64,000 bases of DNA. Origin: an uncultured Clostridia bacterium (GTDB taxonomy: Bacteria; Bacillota; Clostridia; Oscillospirales; UMGS1783). The position numbers and the translations under genes are program-made. Under the pieces are notes generated by a model. It searched no databases, was not told the origin of the DNA, and saw only the letters and a program-made list of their open reading frames with translations. Shown piece after piece: positions 38,926 to 48,632 of this stretch. Every line of letters starts with the position of its first letter. The first letter of the stretch is position 1. The DNA is taken from assembly GCA_937991645.1 (NCBI GenBank), contig CALKPL010000025.1, positions 6,734 through 70,733 of the forward strand, given 5' to 3'.

Positions 38926-40773
38926 ATGGGAAAAATCATAGGAATTGACTTGGGTACAACAAACTCCTGCGTAGCGGTTATGGAGGCGGGCGAGCCTGTC
39001 GTAATTCCCAATGCCGAAGGCGGCCGTACCATTGCGTCCGTTGTGGCGTTTTCCAAAACAGGAGAACGCATGGTCGGCCAGGTAGCCAAGCGCCAGGCGA
39101 TTACCAACCCTGACCGTACCATCAGCTCCATTAAGCGCGATATGGGCAGCAACCGCAAGGTCACGATTGACGATAAACAGTATACGCCGCAGGAGATATC
39201 GGCGATGATTCTGCAGAAGATCAAGCAGGACGCGGAGAGCTATCTGGGCGAGACAGTCAGCCAGGCCGTTATCACGGTGCCTGCCTATTTCAGCGACGCG
39301 CAGCGGCAGGCGACCAAGGATGCGGGCAGGATTGCGGGACTGGAAGTGCTCCGCATCATCAACGAGCCGACGGCCGCGGCCCTTGCCTACGGTGTGGACA
39401 AGGAAAGCGAGCAGAAAATCATGGTGTACGACCTCGGCGGCGGCACCTTTGACGTTTCCATTCTCGACATTGGCGACGGCGTGCTCGAAGTGCTTGCCAC
39501 CAGCGGCAACAATAAACTGGGCGGCGACGACTTTGACGAGCGCATCATCGCATGGCTTGCGGAATCCTTCCAGAAGGAAAACGGCATTGACCTGCGCCAG
39601 GATAAAATGGCGCTGCAGCGCCTCAAGGAGGCGGCGGAAAAGGCCAAGATCGAGCTTTCGGGCGTGACCACGACCAATATAAACCTGCCCTTTATTACAG
39701 CGGACGCATCCGGCCCGAAACATCTGGATATGACCCTGACCCGCGCAAAGTTCAATGAATTGACCGCCGACCTTGTCGAGGCCACAATGGGCCCCGTCAA
39801 GCAGGCGATGAAGGACGCGGGGCTTTCGCCGAGCGATCTGTCCAAGGTCCTGCTCGTCGGCGGCTCCACCCGTATCCCCGCCGTGTTCGACGCGGTCAAG
39901 AATTACACCGGCAAGGATCCGTATAAGGGCATTAACCCCGACGAATGCGTCGCGCTCGGCGCGGCGATTCAGGGCGGCGTGCTTGGCGGCGAAGTAAAGG
40001 GCATTGTCCTGCTCGACGTTACGCCACTGTCTCTGGGCATTGAAACGCTGGGCGGCATCAACACCAAGCTGATCGAGCGCAATACGACCATCCCGACCAA
40101 GAAGAGCCAGGTGTTCTCGACCGCTGCGGACGGCCAGACCTCGGTCGAAGTGCACGTGCTCCAGGGCGAGCGCGATATGGCGGCCGACAACAAGACCCTG
40201 GGCCGGTTCCATCTGGACGGTATCCCTGCCGCGCCGCGCGGCGTGCCGCAGATCGAAGTCACGTTTGATATTGACGCCAACGGCATCGTCAACGTATCCG
40301 CCAAGGACCTTGGCACCGGCAAGGAACAGAAGATCACGATTACCGCTTCGACCAACATGAGCAAGGACGATGTGGAAAAGGCGGTCAGAGACGCGGAGCA
40401 GTTTGCCGAAGCGGATAAGAAGCGCAGGGAAGAGATTGAAGTGCGCAACCAGGCCGAACAGCTTGTCTACCAGTCTGAAAAATCCCTCGGTGAAATTGGC
40501 GACAAGGTAAGCGATTCCGAGAAGGACGCGGTAAAGGCTGAGATTGAAAAGGTCAAGACAGCGCTTAACGGCAATGACACCGACCAGATCAAGAGCGCGA
40601 CGGAGGAACTTTCCAAGAAGTTCTATGAACTGTCCGCAAAGCTCTATCAGCAGGCTTCTGCGCAGCAGCAGGCCGCCGCGGACGGCGCGGCTGGAGCGGC
40701 TGGCCCGCAGGAAAACCCGGACGGAACCGTTTCCGGCGATTACACCGTCGTGGACGACGACAAGAAAGACTAA
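38926..40773 (+). CDS. dnaK: Molecular chaperone DnaK (Hsp70)
   Basis: 615 aa with [19 protein letters not shown] and [11 protein letters not shown]. Confidence 0.98.
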   Translation: MGKIIGIDLGTTNSCVAVMEAGEPVVIPNAEGGRTIASVVAFSKTGERMVGQVAKRQAITNPDRTISSIKRDMGSNRKVTIDDKQYTPQEISAMILQKIKQDAESYLGETVSQAVITVPAYFSDAQRQATKDAGRIAGLEVLRIINEPTAAALAYGVDKESEQKIMVYDLGGGTFDVSILDIGDGVLEVLATSGNNKLGGDDFDERIIAWLAESFQKENGIDLRQDKMALQRLKEAAEKAKIELSGVTTTNINLPFITADASGPKHLDMTLTRAKFNELTADLVEATMGPVKQAMKDAGLSPSDLSKVLLVGGSTRIPAVFDAVKNYTGKDPYKGINPDECVALGAAIQGGVLGGEVKGIVLLDVTPLSLGIETLGGINTKLIERNTTIPTKKSQVFSTAADGQTSVEVHVLQGERDMAADNKTLGRFHLDGIPAAPRGVPQIEVTFDIDANGIVNVSAKDLGTGKEQKITITASTNMSKDDVEKAVRDAEQFAEADKKRREEIEVRNQAEQLVYQSEKSLGEIGDKVSDSEKDAVKAEIEKVKTALNGNDTDQIKSATEELSKKFYELSAKLYQQASAQQQAAADGAAGAAGPQENPDGTVSGDYTVVDDDKKD

Positions 40774-40829
40774 ATTCACGCGTGAGGGGGCCGAAAAACC
40801 GACCCCCTCACTGATTGAGGTTTGATGGA

Positions 40830-41984
40830 ATGGCGGACAAGAGAGACTATTATGAGGTGCTGGGCGTCGACCGAAACGCCACTGACGAAGAAATTAAAAA
40901 GGCGTTTCGCAAAGCTGCGAAAACCTGTCACCCGGACCTGAATCCGGGCGACAAAGCCGCTGAGCAGAAATTTAAAGAAGTAAACGAGGCGTACAGCGTC
41001 CTGTCCGACAAGGAGAAGAAACAGCGGTACGACCAGTTCGGGCACGCGGGCGTAGACCCCTCTTATGGTGCGGGCGGCCCCGGCGCGGGCGGGTACGGCC
41101 AGTACGGCGGCGGCGATTTTGGCGATATATTCGGCGATATATTCGGGGACATGTTCGGCGGCGGAAGAGCCCGCCGGGCCAATCCCAACGCGCCGGTAAA
41201 GGGACGCGATATCACCATTTCGCTGAGTATAGAGTTTTTAGAGTCGGTATTTGGCTGCAAACGCACCATACGCTACCGCAGGGAAGAGGTCTGCGCGGAC
41301 TGCAAGGGCACCGGCGCGCATAAGGGCGAAGGCCGGCAGACCTGCCCGACCTGCGGCGGCACCGGCCAGGTGCGTACGCAGCAGCGCACCATCCTCGGCT
41401 CGTTCACGAGCGTGTCCACCTGCAGTCATTGCGGCGGTACCGGGCAGATTATAAAGGACCCCTGCAAGGTCTGCGGCGGCAAAGGGTATACGACCGGCGA
41501 GCGCACCATTGAGGCGTCCATCCCCGGCGGCATCGCGTCCGGGCAGTCGATCAAGCTTGCGGGCCAGGGTTCCGCGGGCCGGCGCGGCGGCGCGGCGGGC
41601 GACCTGTACATCACCGTTACAGTCAAACCGCATATCCTGTTCCAGCGCCAGGGCAACGATATCTCGTACGACGTCCCGATCACCATGGTGCAGGCCGCAT
41701 CCGGCTGCACGCTGGAACTGCCTACGATCGACGGCAATACCGTGCGGCAGGTTGTGCCTGAAGGAACGCAGAATCAGACCGTGTTCAAAATAAAAAACTA
41801 CGGCGTCCCCTACATAAACGGCAGGGGCCGCGGCGATATGTATATCCGCGTGCTGATCGAGGTGCCCAGAAACTTGAATAAAAAACAAAAAGAGCTTTTG
41901 GCGGAGTTTGAAAAAGCCGCGGGTAGTAAGAGCTACGAGTCCGTTCGTAAATACCAGGAGACCGTTTCAAGGCTGAAGAAATGA
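40830..41984 (+). CDS. dnaJ: Molecular chaperone DnaJ
   Basis: J domain ([11 protein letters not shown]), a G/F region and four CxxCxGxG zinc-finger repeats. Confidence 0.97.
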   Translation: MADKRDYYEVLGVDRNATDEEIKKAFRKAAKTCHPDLNPGDKAAEQKFKEVNEAYSVLSDKEKKQRYDQFGHAGVDPSYGAGGPGAGGYGQYGGGDFGDIFGDIFGDMFGGGRARRANPNAPVKGRDITISLSIEFLESVFGCKRTIRYRREEVCADCKGTGAHKGEGRQTCPTCGGTGQVRTQQRTILGSFTSVSTCSHCGGTGQIIKDPCKVCGGKGYTTGERTIEASIPGGIASGQSIKLAGQGSAGRRGGAAGDLYITVTVKPHILFQRQGNDISYDVPITMVQAASGCTLELPTIDGNTVRQVVPEGTQNQTVFKIKNYGVPYINGRGRGDMYIRVLIEVPRNLNKKQKELLAEFEKAAGSKSYESVRKYQETVSRLKK

Positions 41985-41991
41985 TCCCATG

Positions 41992-42040
41992 AATAAACCC
42001 TATACAGAGACGCTCTGTATAGGGTTTATTTGATATTTTT
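41992..42040. terminator. Bidirectional intrinsic terminator
   Basis: 18-bp stem AATAAACCCTATACAGAG / CTCTGTATAGGGTTTATT plus a T-rich tail, between dnaJ and a convergent small gene. Confidence 0.85.
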
Positions 42041-42221
42041 ACATCATCTCGTTGATCATGGTGCCGAGATGTTTGATCGTGCGTCCGACGGGTGTTTTTG
42101 AAAATTTACGGCCCATCGCCTTCGCCTGTTTGGACTGGGTAAAAACGCCGATCGCTGCGCCGAGCGCCATGCCGGCAGCCATGCCGGTAACAAATTTGTG
42201 CCGATTGTACATGATACTCAC
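42039..42221 (-). CDS. Small (60 aa) Gly/Ala-rich membrane-associated protein, unknown function
   Basis: GMAAGMALGAAIG glycine-zipper-like helix followed by a basic tail. It has its own terminator, and GAGAGGTGAG lies upstream of the ATG. Confidence 0.55.
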   Translation of the reverse strand: MSIMYNRHKFVTGMAAGMALGAAIGVFTQSKQAKAMGRKFSKTPVGRTIKHLGTMINEMM

Positions 42222-42343
42222 CTCTCATGTGTATTTTGCACATAAAGACATGGGGTTATAGCTATTATTTTTTTCCATTTTTCCTTGCAAATCACATTGA
42301 TTTATAGTTTAATATTATGGTATTGTTATTTAGGAGGTTGAAC

Positions 42344-43618
42344 ATGGCTGTAATTAAAGGATTTAAGGGGATCCGGTACGACTGCGCCCGCGCCGGCGAT
42401 ATCGCAACCCTCGTCTGTCCGCCGTACGACGTGATCAGCGAGAGCGAGCGGCAGGAGTATGTCGGGAAAAACGCTTACAATATCGTAAATATCGAACTGC
42501 CGAAAGGCGATAATAAATATGCGGTTGCAGGGGAAAAGTACGAGCAGTGGCGTAAGGATGGCATTTTAAAGCAGGATCCGCAGGACTGTATTTACATATA
42601 CGAGCTGCGCTTTCCGATCGGCGACGGCTATAAGGCCATTAAGGGCATTGTCTGCGCCGTCAGGCTTGAGGAGTTTGAAAACCGCGTGATCCTTCCACAT
42701 GAGCGCACACTGTCCAAGGCGAAGGACGACAGGCTGGAGCTTCTCAGCGCGACCAGGACCAACGTATCACAGATATATTCAATGTATATGGACGAAAAGG
42801 CTGAGACGACGACCCGGATTGCGTCGCTGTCCGCGTCTGCGCCCGACATTGAGTTCCAGACGGACGACGGCTGTACCCATCGGCTCTGGATTGTAAGCGA
42901 TGCGGAGCAGATCGCTGGCTTTACGCGCGAGTTTGCAACGCGCCAGCTCTATATTGCGGACGGGCATCACCGCTATGAAACGGCGCTCAACTACCGCCGC
43001 AAGCGCATGTTCAGCGGTACGTACACGCCGGAAGACAGCGTTAACTACACGATGATGTTCCTGATCGATATGGATAACGACGGCCTGATCGTATTTCCGA
43101 CGCACCGCATGGTACGCAATTTGGAGCAGTTCAGCGAACTGGATGCGGTCGAGCGCATGAACGCCGAGTTCAATATTGAAAAACGGGAAGATCTGGACGC
43201 GGTTGAGGCAGTCCTTGCCGCGCATGACGACCGGCACGCGATTGCGTTCTATACCGGCGGCGCATATTACTATCTGCTTACGCTCAACGACATGGACGCA
43301 GTAAAAAAGATGATGCCGGATATGTCGGACGCATACTGCGATCTGGACGTTACGGTGCTGCACAGCCTTATATTCGACAAGGTGTTCGGCATTACAAAAG
43401 AGGACCTTGCCAAGCAGACGAAAGTTACCTATACGCGCAGCGTACACGAGGCGCTGACCGGCGTGCAGAACGGCGTTTCGCAGTGCTGCTTCATCCTGAA
43501 TCCCACCAAGGTCAGCCAGATCAAGGATGTGGCGAAAGCGGGCGAGAAAATGCCGCAGAAATCCACTTACTTTTATCCCAAGCTGATTACGGGACTCGTA
43601 ATGAATCATCTGGATTAG
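42344..43618 (+). CDS. DUF1015 domain protein
   Basis: 424 aa with the PPYD motif, ILPHERT and IADGHHRYETAL, which are typical of DUF1015. AGGAGG lies 6 nt upstream. Confidence 0.85.
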   Translation: MAVIKGFKGIRYDCARAGDIATLVCPPYDVISESERQEYVGKNAYNIVNIELPKGDNKYAVAGEKYEQWRKDGILKQDPQDCIYIYELRFPIGDGYKAIKGIVCAVRLEEFENRVILPHERTLSKAKDDRLELLSATRTNVSQIYSMYMDEKAETTTRIASLSASAPDIEFQTDDGCTHRLWIVSDAEQIAGFTREFATRQLYIADGHHRYETALNYRRKRMFSGTYTPEDSVNYTMMFLIDMDNDGLIVFPTHRMVRNLEQFSELDAVERMNAEFNIEKREDLDAVEAVLAAHDDRHAIAFYTGGAYYYLLTLNDMDAVKKMMPDMSDAYCDLDVTVLHSLIFDKVFGITKEDLAKQTKVTYTRSVHEALTGVQNGVSQCCFILNPTKVSQIKDVAKAGEKMPQKSTYFYPKLITGLVMNHLD

Positions 43619-43630
43619 AGGTGACAGGCA

Positions 43631-44596
43631 TTGAACGGGTTATATATCGGCGTTGAAATCGGCGCCTCCAAGCATCAGATCTGCCTTGCCGACGCGGCGG
43701 GAAAGATATTGAAAATGGATTCCGGTAAAGTCGAGCTGGAAAAGGGCGCGGCAGGCATTCTCGCCTGGATGCAGGAGCACATTGCGGCCATGATCGAGGC
43801 GCGTCCTGCGGGCAGCGAAATCGTCGCCGTCGCCGTTGGCTTTGGCGGAATCATTGAAACGGCAACCGGCGTCAGCGTGATTTCGGTACAGGTGGACGGC
43901 TGGAAGGACTTCAATATAAAAGCATGGTTTGAAAAAACGTTCCAGGTGCCCTGTTTTGTGCTCAATGATACCGTTGCCGGCGGCTTTGCGGAATACTATG
44001 CGGGCAGCGGCGTCGGTTGTGATAATTTCTTTTATACAAATATCGGCAGCGGAATCGGCGGCGTATTTTTCCTGGGTGGAAAATACTACGACGGCAGCGG
44101 TTACGGCGCTGCGTATTTCGGGCATACCTATATCCCGGACTGGACGCGGACCGACTGCAACGCCTATGACAAGGTGGAAAACCTGTGTTCCGGGTTCGGC
44201 ATCCAAAACAGGCTGCGCAGGCCCGGCTATGTGCCGAAGGATTCGAAAATACTCGCCCTTGTTGACGGCGATGTTACCCGGATCAGCGGCCTTACACTGG
44301 AGATTGCGGCCAAGGACGGCGACGCGTTTGCGCTTGCGGAGATCGACCGGATCGCGCGCGGATACTCCGTGGGCCTTGCCAATGTCATTACGCTGATCCA
44401 CCCGCAGATTGTCTCTATCGGCGGCGGGATTGCGAATATGGGGGACATGCTGCTGGATCCTGTCCGTAAATATACGGATGAAAAGGTGTTCATATCGGCA
44501 AAGGGCAAGTATAAAATTGTGAAATGCGCGTTGGGCAACGATGTTGTACCCGTCGGCGCTGTGATATATGCTGCAAATGAAATGAAAAACAGATAG
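43631..44596 (+). CDS. ROK-family sugar kinase-like protein
   Basis: 321 aa with IGVEIGASK and a ROK-signature-like [29 protein letters not shown]. It lacks the CxCGxxGC zinc motif. TTG start after GAGGTGA. Confidence 0.75.
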   Translation: MNGLYIGVEIGASKHQICLADAAGKILKMDSGKVELEKGAAGILAWMQEHIAAMIEARPAGSEIVAVAVGFGGIIETATGVSVISVQVDGWKDFNIKAWFEKTFQVPCFVLNDTVAGGFAEYYAGSGVGCDNFFYTNIGSGIGGVFFLGGKYYDGSGYGAAYFGHTYIPDWTRTDCNAYDKVENLCSGFGIQNRLRRPGYVPKDSKILALVDGDVTRISGLTLEIAAKDGDAFALAEIDRIARGYSVGLANVITLIHPQIVSIGGGIANMGDMLLDPVRKYTDEKVFISAKGKYKIVKCALGNDVVPVGAVIYAANEMKNR

Positions 44597-44612
44597 ATTG
44601 GAGTGTAGAATC

Positions 44613-45425
44613 ATGGATATGACGGCAATTATTGAATCGGTAACAAAACAGGTACTTGGAACGGCGGGCGCTGCCGCTGCAGCGGGCGCGTCGGCGCCGG
44701 TCGCGGTCAATACATACATCGACCATACCGTTCTGGCAGCGGATACGCCGCTTACCAAGATCGACCAGTTCTGCAAAGAGGCGGTCGAATACAAATTTGC
44801 CTCCGTATGCTTCAATCCGACGCACGTAAAATATGCGGCGGAGAAGCTCAGGGGCACAGGCGTGAACGTATGTACGGTAATCGGATTTCCGCTTGGCGCG
44901 AACACTTCTTTTGTCAAGGCAATGGAGACGATCGACGCGATTGCCAACGGCGCGCAGGAGATCGACATGGTCGCGAATATCGGCGCGATTAAGGACGCAA
45001 ACTGGGATCTGGTACTGAAGGATATCGAGGCCGTCGTGTATGCTGCGCGCGGCACGGTCGTCAAGGTTATCATTGAAACCTGCCTGCTGACCGATGCGGA
45101 AAAAGTAAAAGTTTCCGAGCTCTGCGTGCGCGCGGGCGCGCAGTTTGTCAAGACTTCGACCGGATTCTCCAAGGGCGGCGCGACCAAAGAAGACGTGGCG
45201 CTGATCCGCAAGGCTGTCGGTCCCACAATGGGAATCAAAGCTTCGGGCGGCGTCCGGAATATGGACGATGCACTGCAGATGATCGCCGCCGGCGCGACTC
45301 GAATCGGCACGAGCGGCGGGATCGGCATCATGAAGGGCGAAACGGCTACAAAGTGTATCAACTGCGGCCGCTGTAAGGAAATTTGCCCGACTGGAAACGT
45401 AACCATAGTCCCCAACGCATATTAA
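44613..45425 (+). CDS. deoC: Deoxyribose-phosphate aldolase with N- and C-terminal extensions
   Basis: The core IDHTVL...KFASVCFNP...VIGFPLGAN...[10 protein letters not shown]...FVKTSTGF includes the Schiff-base Lys. Extra about 30 aa at the N-terminus and an extra C-terminal [12 protein letters not shown]. Confidence 0.93.
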   Translation: MDMTAIIESVTKQVLGTAGAAAAAGASAPVAVNTYIDHTVLAADTPLTKIDQFCKEAVEYKFASVCFNPTHVKYAAEKLRGTGVNVCTVIGFPLGANTSFVKAMETIDAIANGAQEIDMVANIGAIKDANWDLVLKDIEAVVYAARGTVVKVIIETCLLTDAEKVKVSELCVRAGAQFVKTSTGFSKGGATKEDVALIRKAVGPTMGIKASGGVRNMDDALQMIAAGATRIGTSGGIGIMKGETATKCINCGRCKEICPTGNVTIVPNAY

Positions 45426-45480
45426 ATATTGCGCAGCGAATGCGCTTAATGCGCTTTGTGTAAACATAAATAGCCTGCAG

Positions 45481-45519
45481 AAAAAACTCCAAACGTTTTC
45501 GTTTGGAGTTTTTATTTTT
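45481..45519 (+). terminator. Intrinsic terminator of the DUF1015-ROK-deoC operon
   Basis: CTCCAAAC / GTTTGGAG stem flanked by A6 and TTTTTATTTTT. Confidence 0.8.
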
Positions 45520-45659
45520 AACTATAATAAAAACGCATGGGAAAAGATAAAAAATAGGCATTAGACATTCAAGAGACCCTATACTATAATAAAAACAGAT
45601 AAAGCAGGAAAAGTTTCTATGATCGCCTGTATTCTGAACTGAGAAAGGAGAAAGTGACG

Positions 45660-46406
45660 ATGCCCATGCAAAAATTGTTCTCACTTTTATTAGCGTTCTC
45701 GCTGGTTCTCTCAATTGCGGCTTGTGGAAACAGCGGTAGCGAGTCTGACCGTTCTTCCGAACCTTCCTCTGTAATATCCGGACAGGCGTCGGAAAGCGAT
45801 GGCGCAGCGGAACCGGGTGACTCCGACGCCGATGCAAATCTGTCAGATACCAACAGCGGAGAACAAACAAACCATATCCTGGTGGCATACTTTTCTTGGG
45901 CGGATAACGCGATACTGGCGGAGGGCGTAGATGCCGTTACATCCCCCAGCGTAGTTTCACCCGGAAATGTGCAGCAGCTTGCGGGCTGGGTACAGGAGGA
46001 AACCGGCGGCGAGCTCTTTTCCATTCAGGTGACCGATCCATATCCCAGCGATTGGGATGAATGCCTTGCCCGCGCCAATCAGGAACGCGGCGATCAGGCC
46101 CGGCCGGAGCTTATTGCAAACGTGGAGAACATGGAGCAGTATGATACGGTGTTTCTGGGTTATCCCAACTGGTGGTATGGAGTGCCCATGGCGCTGCTTT
46201 CTTTTATAGAGCAGAATGATCTATCCGGCAAACAGGTGTATTTATTCTGCTCGCATGGCACCGGCGGACTGGCAAACAGCGTGGAGCAGATTACCGATGC
46301 GGCGCCAGCGGCCGTCATTTCCGATAATATTTTCCATTGCTATGAAGAAGACGCAGCCTCCTCGCAGGAAGATATCCGGAACTGGATTGCAGAGCTTGGG
46401 TATTGA
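45660..46406 (+). CDS. Flavodoxin-fold lipoprotein (paralogue 1)
   Basis: Signal peptide with lipobox SIAAC, an S/E/D-rich linker, then the flavodoxin-like motifs ILVAYFSW, GYPNWWYG and LFCSHGTGG. AAAGGAG lies upstream. Confidence 0.8.
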   Translation: MPMQKLFSLLLAFSLVLSIAACGNSGSESDRSSEPSSVISGQASESDGAAEPGDSDADANLSDTNSGEQTNHILVAYFSWADNAILAEGVDAVTSPSVVSPGNVQQLAGWVQEETGGELFSIQVTDPYPSDWDECLARANQERGDQARPELIANVENMEQYDTVFLGYPNWWYGVPMALLSFIEQNDLSGKQVYLFCSHGTGGLANSVEQITDAAPAAVISDNIFHCYEEDAASSQEDIRNWIAELGY

Positions 46407-46423
46407 TTATGGAGGGTTGTAAA

Positions 46424-46993
46424 ATGAAAAAGCCTTTCAGCGTATTTCTCCTTTGCGTGGCAGTGCTGGTTCTTTCGGCCTGTGGCGCGGGAACGCAGGA
46501 TTCGTCTGCGTCGTCCGTATCCGAGTCTGCTTCCGCAGGAAATGAAACCTCTACTTCTGTGGAACAGCCGGGAAAAGCTGACTCGTCTGAATCGTTGTCC
46601 GCGGCTGAAACACCATCCGCGACAGATGGAGCGTCGGAAAGTGCAGTGCGGCAGATCTCCGTACAGTTTGGCGAAAATGTTGTTGTTTACGAGCTCAACA
46701 ATGGTTCCGCAGCCGATTCCCTTTATGAACAGCTGCCGCTTACCATCGCGGTAGAGGATTACAGTACCAACGAGAAAATTTTCTATCCGCCGGAAAAGTT
46801 GGATACAAGCGATTCCCCACTGGCAAAGGCAGGCGCTGGGACGCTGGCCTATTACGCCCCCTGGGGAGACGTGGTAATGTTCTACGGAGACTACAATGAG
46901 AATCCCTCTCTATATGAACTGGGACAGATAGTCTCCGGCGCGGAGCTGGTCAGCGGGATGTCCGGGACAATCAGCATCACTGTGACAGATTAG
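46424..46993 (+). CDS. Cyclophilin-like-fold lipoprotein
   Basis: Lipobox VLSAC and an S/A/E-rich linker. The C-terminal domain (VVYELNNGSAADSLYEQLPL...GTLAYYAPWGDVVMFYGDY) resembles the cyclophilin-like family that commonly neighbours flavodoxins. Confidence 0.7.
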   Translation: MKKPFSVFLLCVAVLVLSACGAGTQDSSASSVSESASAGNETSTSVEQPGKADSSESLSAAETPSATDGASESAVRQISVQFGENVVVYELNNGSAADSLYEQLPLTIAVEDYSTNEKIFYPPEKLDTSDSPLAKAGAGTLAYYAPWGDVVMFYGDYNENPSLYELGQIVSGAELVSGMSGTISITVTD

Positions 46994-47198
46994 GGGAATT
47001 TTGCGTTTGTAAAAAAACGAGTCGCTTTCTCCGCATGCAGCATGACGGAACAATAATGGACGATCCGGCGTGCGTAATCCGCGCCATTGCCTGCGCTTTC
47101 CCGTCAGAATCCGAGTGGAGTTTGCCGATCGCATATTGCCAGATAAAAGCAGCGGTCAAAAAGCCGTCATGTGAATATAACAGAAAGGAATATGGAAT

Positions 47199-47873
47199 AT
47201 GAAAAGATGGTTGTCGCTTTTGTTATCCATAACGCTTATCTTTACTCTCGCCGCCTGCAACAAAGAAAACGTTTCCTCCGCGCAAAGCGGCGATTCAGAA
47301 GCACAGATCAGTGTGTCCCAGTCAGATTCAGAACCCTCTGAATCCCCCGCAGAATCTGAAGAACCGTTTAACCAGGCTGAATCCACGCAGGAGGCCGGCG
47401 GCACGCTGGTAGCATATTTTTCATGGTCTGGAAATACTGCGCAGCTCGCGCAGATGATTCAGGCCGAAACTGGCGGCGATCTGTTTGAGATTTCGCCTGC
47501 CACTGCGTATACCGACGACTACGATACTCTTTTAGACGTAGCCCAGCAGGAACAGGCGGACGACGCCCGGCCGCAGCTGGCCGATCAGGTGGAGAATTGG
47601 GACAGTTACAATGTGATTTTTGTGGGATACCCTAACTGGTGGGGCGACGCGCCCATGCTGATTTATTCCTTCCTAGAGTCCTGCGATTGGACGGGTAAAA
47701 CGCTCATTCCATTCTGTACCAGCGGTGGCAGCGCCTTTGGCCGCAGCCTGGATAAGCTGCCAGACAGCGCGTCTGGCGCTACAATACTGGAGGGTCTTCA
47801 CGTATCCGGCAGCCGCGTAGAGGGCGCAGCCGGCGATGTGGCCGCTTGGATTGATGCCCTGAATCTGTCCTGA
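47199..47873 (+). CDS. Flavodoxin-fold lipoprotein (paralogue 2)
   Basis: Lipobox TLAAC and an S/E/Q-rich linker, then [20 protein letters not shown] and PFCTSGGS. Confidence 0.8.
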   Translation: MKRWLSLLLSITLIFTLAACNKENVSSAQSGDSEAQISVSQSDSEPSESPAESEEPFNQAESTQEAGGTLVAYFSWSGNTAQLAQMIQAETGGDLFEISPATAYTDDYDTLLDVAQQEQADDARPQLADQVENWDSYNVIFVGYPNWWGDAPMLIYSFLESCDWTGKTLIPFCTSGGSAFGRSLDKLPDSASGATILEGLHVSGSRVEGAAGDVAAWIDALNLS

Positions 47874-47898
47874 TAAACAACGGAAGGAGGCGGAGCCC

Positions 47899-48612
47899 AT
47901 GAACCCCAAATCCATTCTTAAAATCGTTGTGGACGTCCTGATGACGCTGGCTCTGTTATTTCTGATGGGTTATCAATTCTGGGGCGATACGGCGCACGAG
48001 TGGGCAGGCGCCGGCATGTTCGTTTTGTTCGTTGTCCACCACATTTTAAACGGGAACTGGTACAAGAACCTGTTTTTGGGGAAGTATTCTCCATTGCGCG
48101 TGTTTCAGTTGTTTGTTGATTTTCTGGTGTTTCTCGCAATGCTTGGCCTTATGGTCAGCGGGATGATGCTATCCAACCATGTATTTGCATTTTTGAACAT
48201 TCAAGGCGGAATGTCCTTCGCACGTCTTTTGCATATGGCCGCCTCCCATTGGGGCTTTATTCTGATGGCGCTGCACCTCGGCCTGCATTGGGGAATGTTT
48301 TTGGGCATGGCCAGAAAAGCGCTGCAGTTGCGGCGTCCGTCCAAACTGCGAAAAATATTGTTGCCTCTTATCGGCGCCGGGATTGCGGCATATGGCTTTA
48401 CGGTCTTTATTCGGCGTGACTTTCCAATCTATATGTTGCTGCAAACCGAGTTCGTATTTATGGATTTCAGTGAACCGATCCCGCTTTTCTATTTGGACTA
48501 TCTGGCTATGATGGGCGCTTTCATCTTTCTGGCTTACTATGTTTCCAGACTTTTGCGGAAGCTGCCGGCACAGAATCAAGTCAGGCACAAAAATGTTTCC
48601 TATAAACCATGA
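47899..48612 (+). CDS. DUF4405-like His-rich polytopic membrane protein
   Basis: 237 aa with about 5-6 TM helices and conserved-looking His residues ([31 protein letters not shown]). GGAAGGAGG lies upstream. Confidence 0.7.
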   Translation: MNPKSILKIVVDVLMTLALLFLMGYQFWGDTAHEWAGAGMFVLFVVHHILNGNWYKNLFLGKYSPLRVFQLFVDFLVFLAMLGLMVSGMMLSNHVFAFLNIQGGMSFARLLHMAASHWGFILMALHLGLHWGMFLGMARKALQLRRPSKLRKILLPLIGAGIAAYGFTVFIRRDFPIYMLLQTEFVFMDFSEPIPLFYLDYLAMMGAFIFLAYYVSRLLRKLPAQNQVRHKNVSYKP

Positions 48613-48632
48613 CAGGATTAGGGAGGTCTGAA

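Noticed and set aside
38920-40779. 619-aa ORF on the minus strand spanning all of dnaK
   Set aside because: It is exactly antisense to an unmistakable dnaK. Its composition is Arg/Leu/Ala/Gly-rich and low in complexity, and it has no SD. Long antisense ORFs opposite hsp70 and other GC-rich genes are a known codon-bias artefact.
41121-41156. 12-nt tandem repeat GGCGATATATTC (two exact copies plus one degenerate copy)
   Set aside because: It lies inside dnaJ and simply encodes the GDIF repeats of the normal Gly/Phe-rich region. It is not an independent repeat element.
43640-45467. 591-aa and 325-aa minus-strand ORFs opposite the ROK and deoC genes
   Set aside because: Both are antisense to two well-supported genes and overlap each other in different frames. 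Their composition is low in complexity.
47035-47202. 55-codon Cys-containing ORF (MQHDGTIMDDPACVIRAIACAF...) in the 205-nt gap inside the lipoprotein cluster
   Set aside because: There is no ribosome-binding site. It overlaps the start and SD of the next gene and has no recognisable motif. It is probably a chance ORF.
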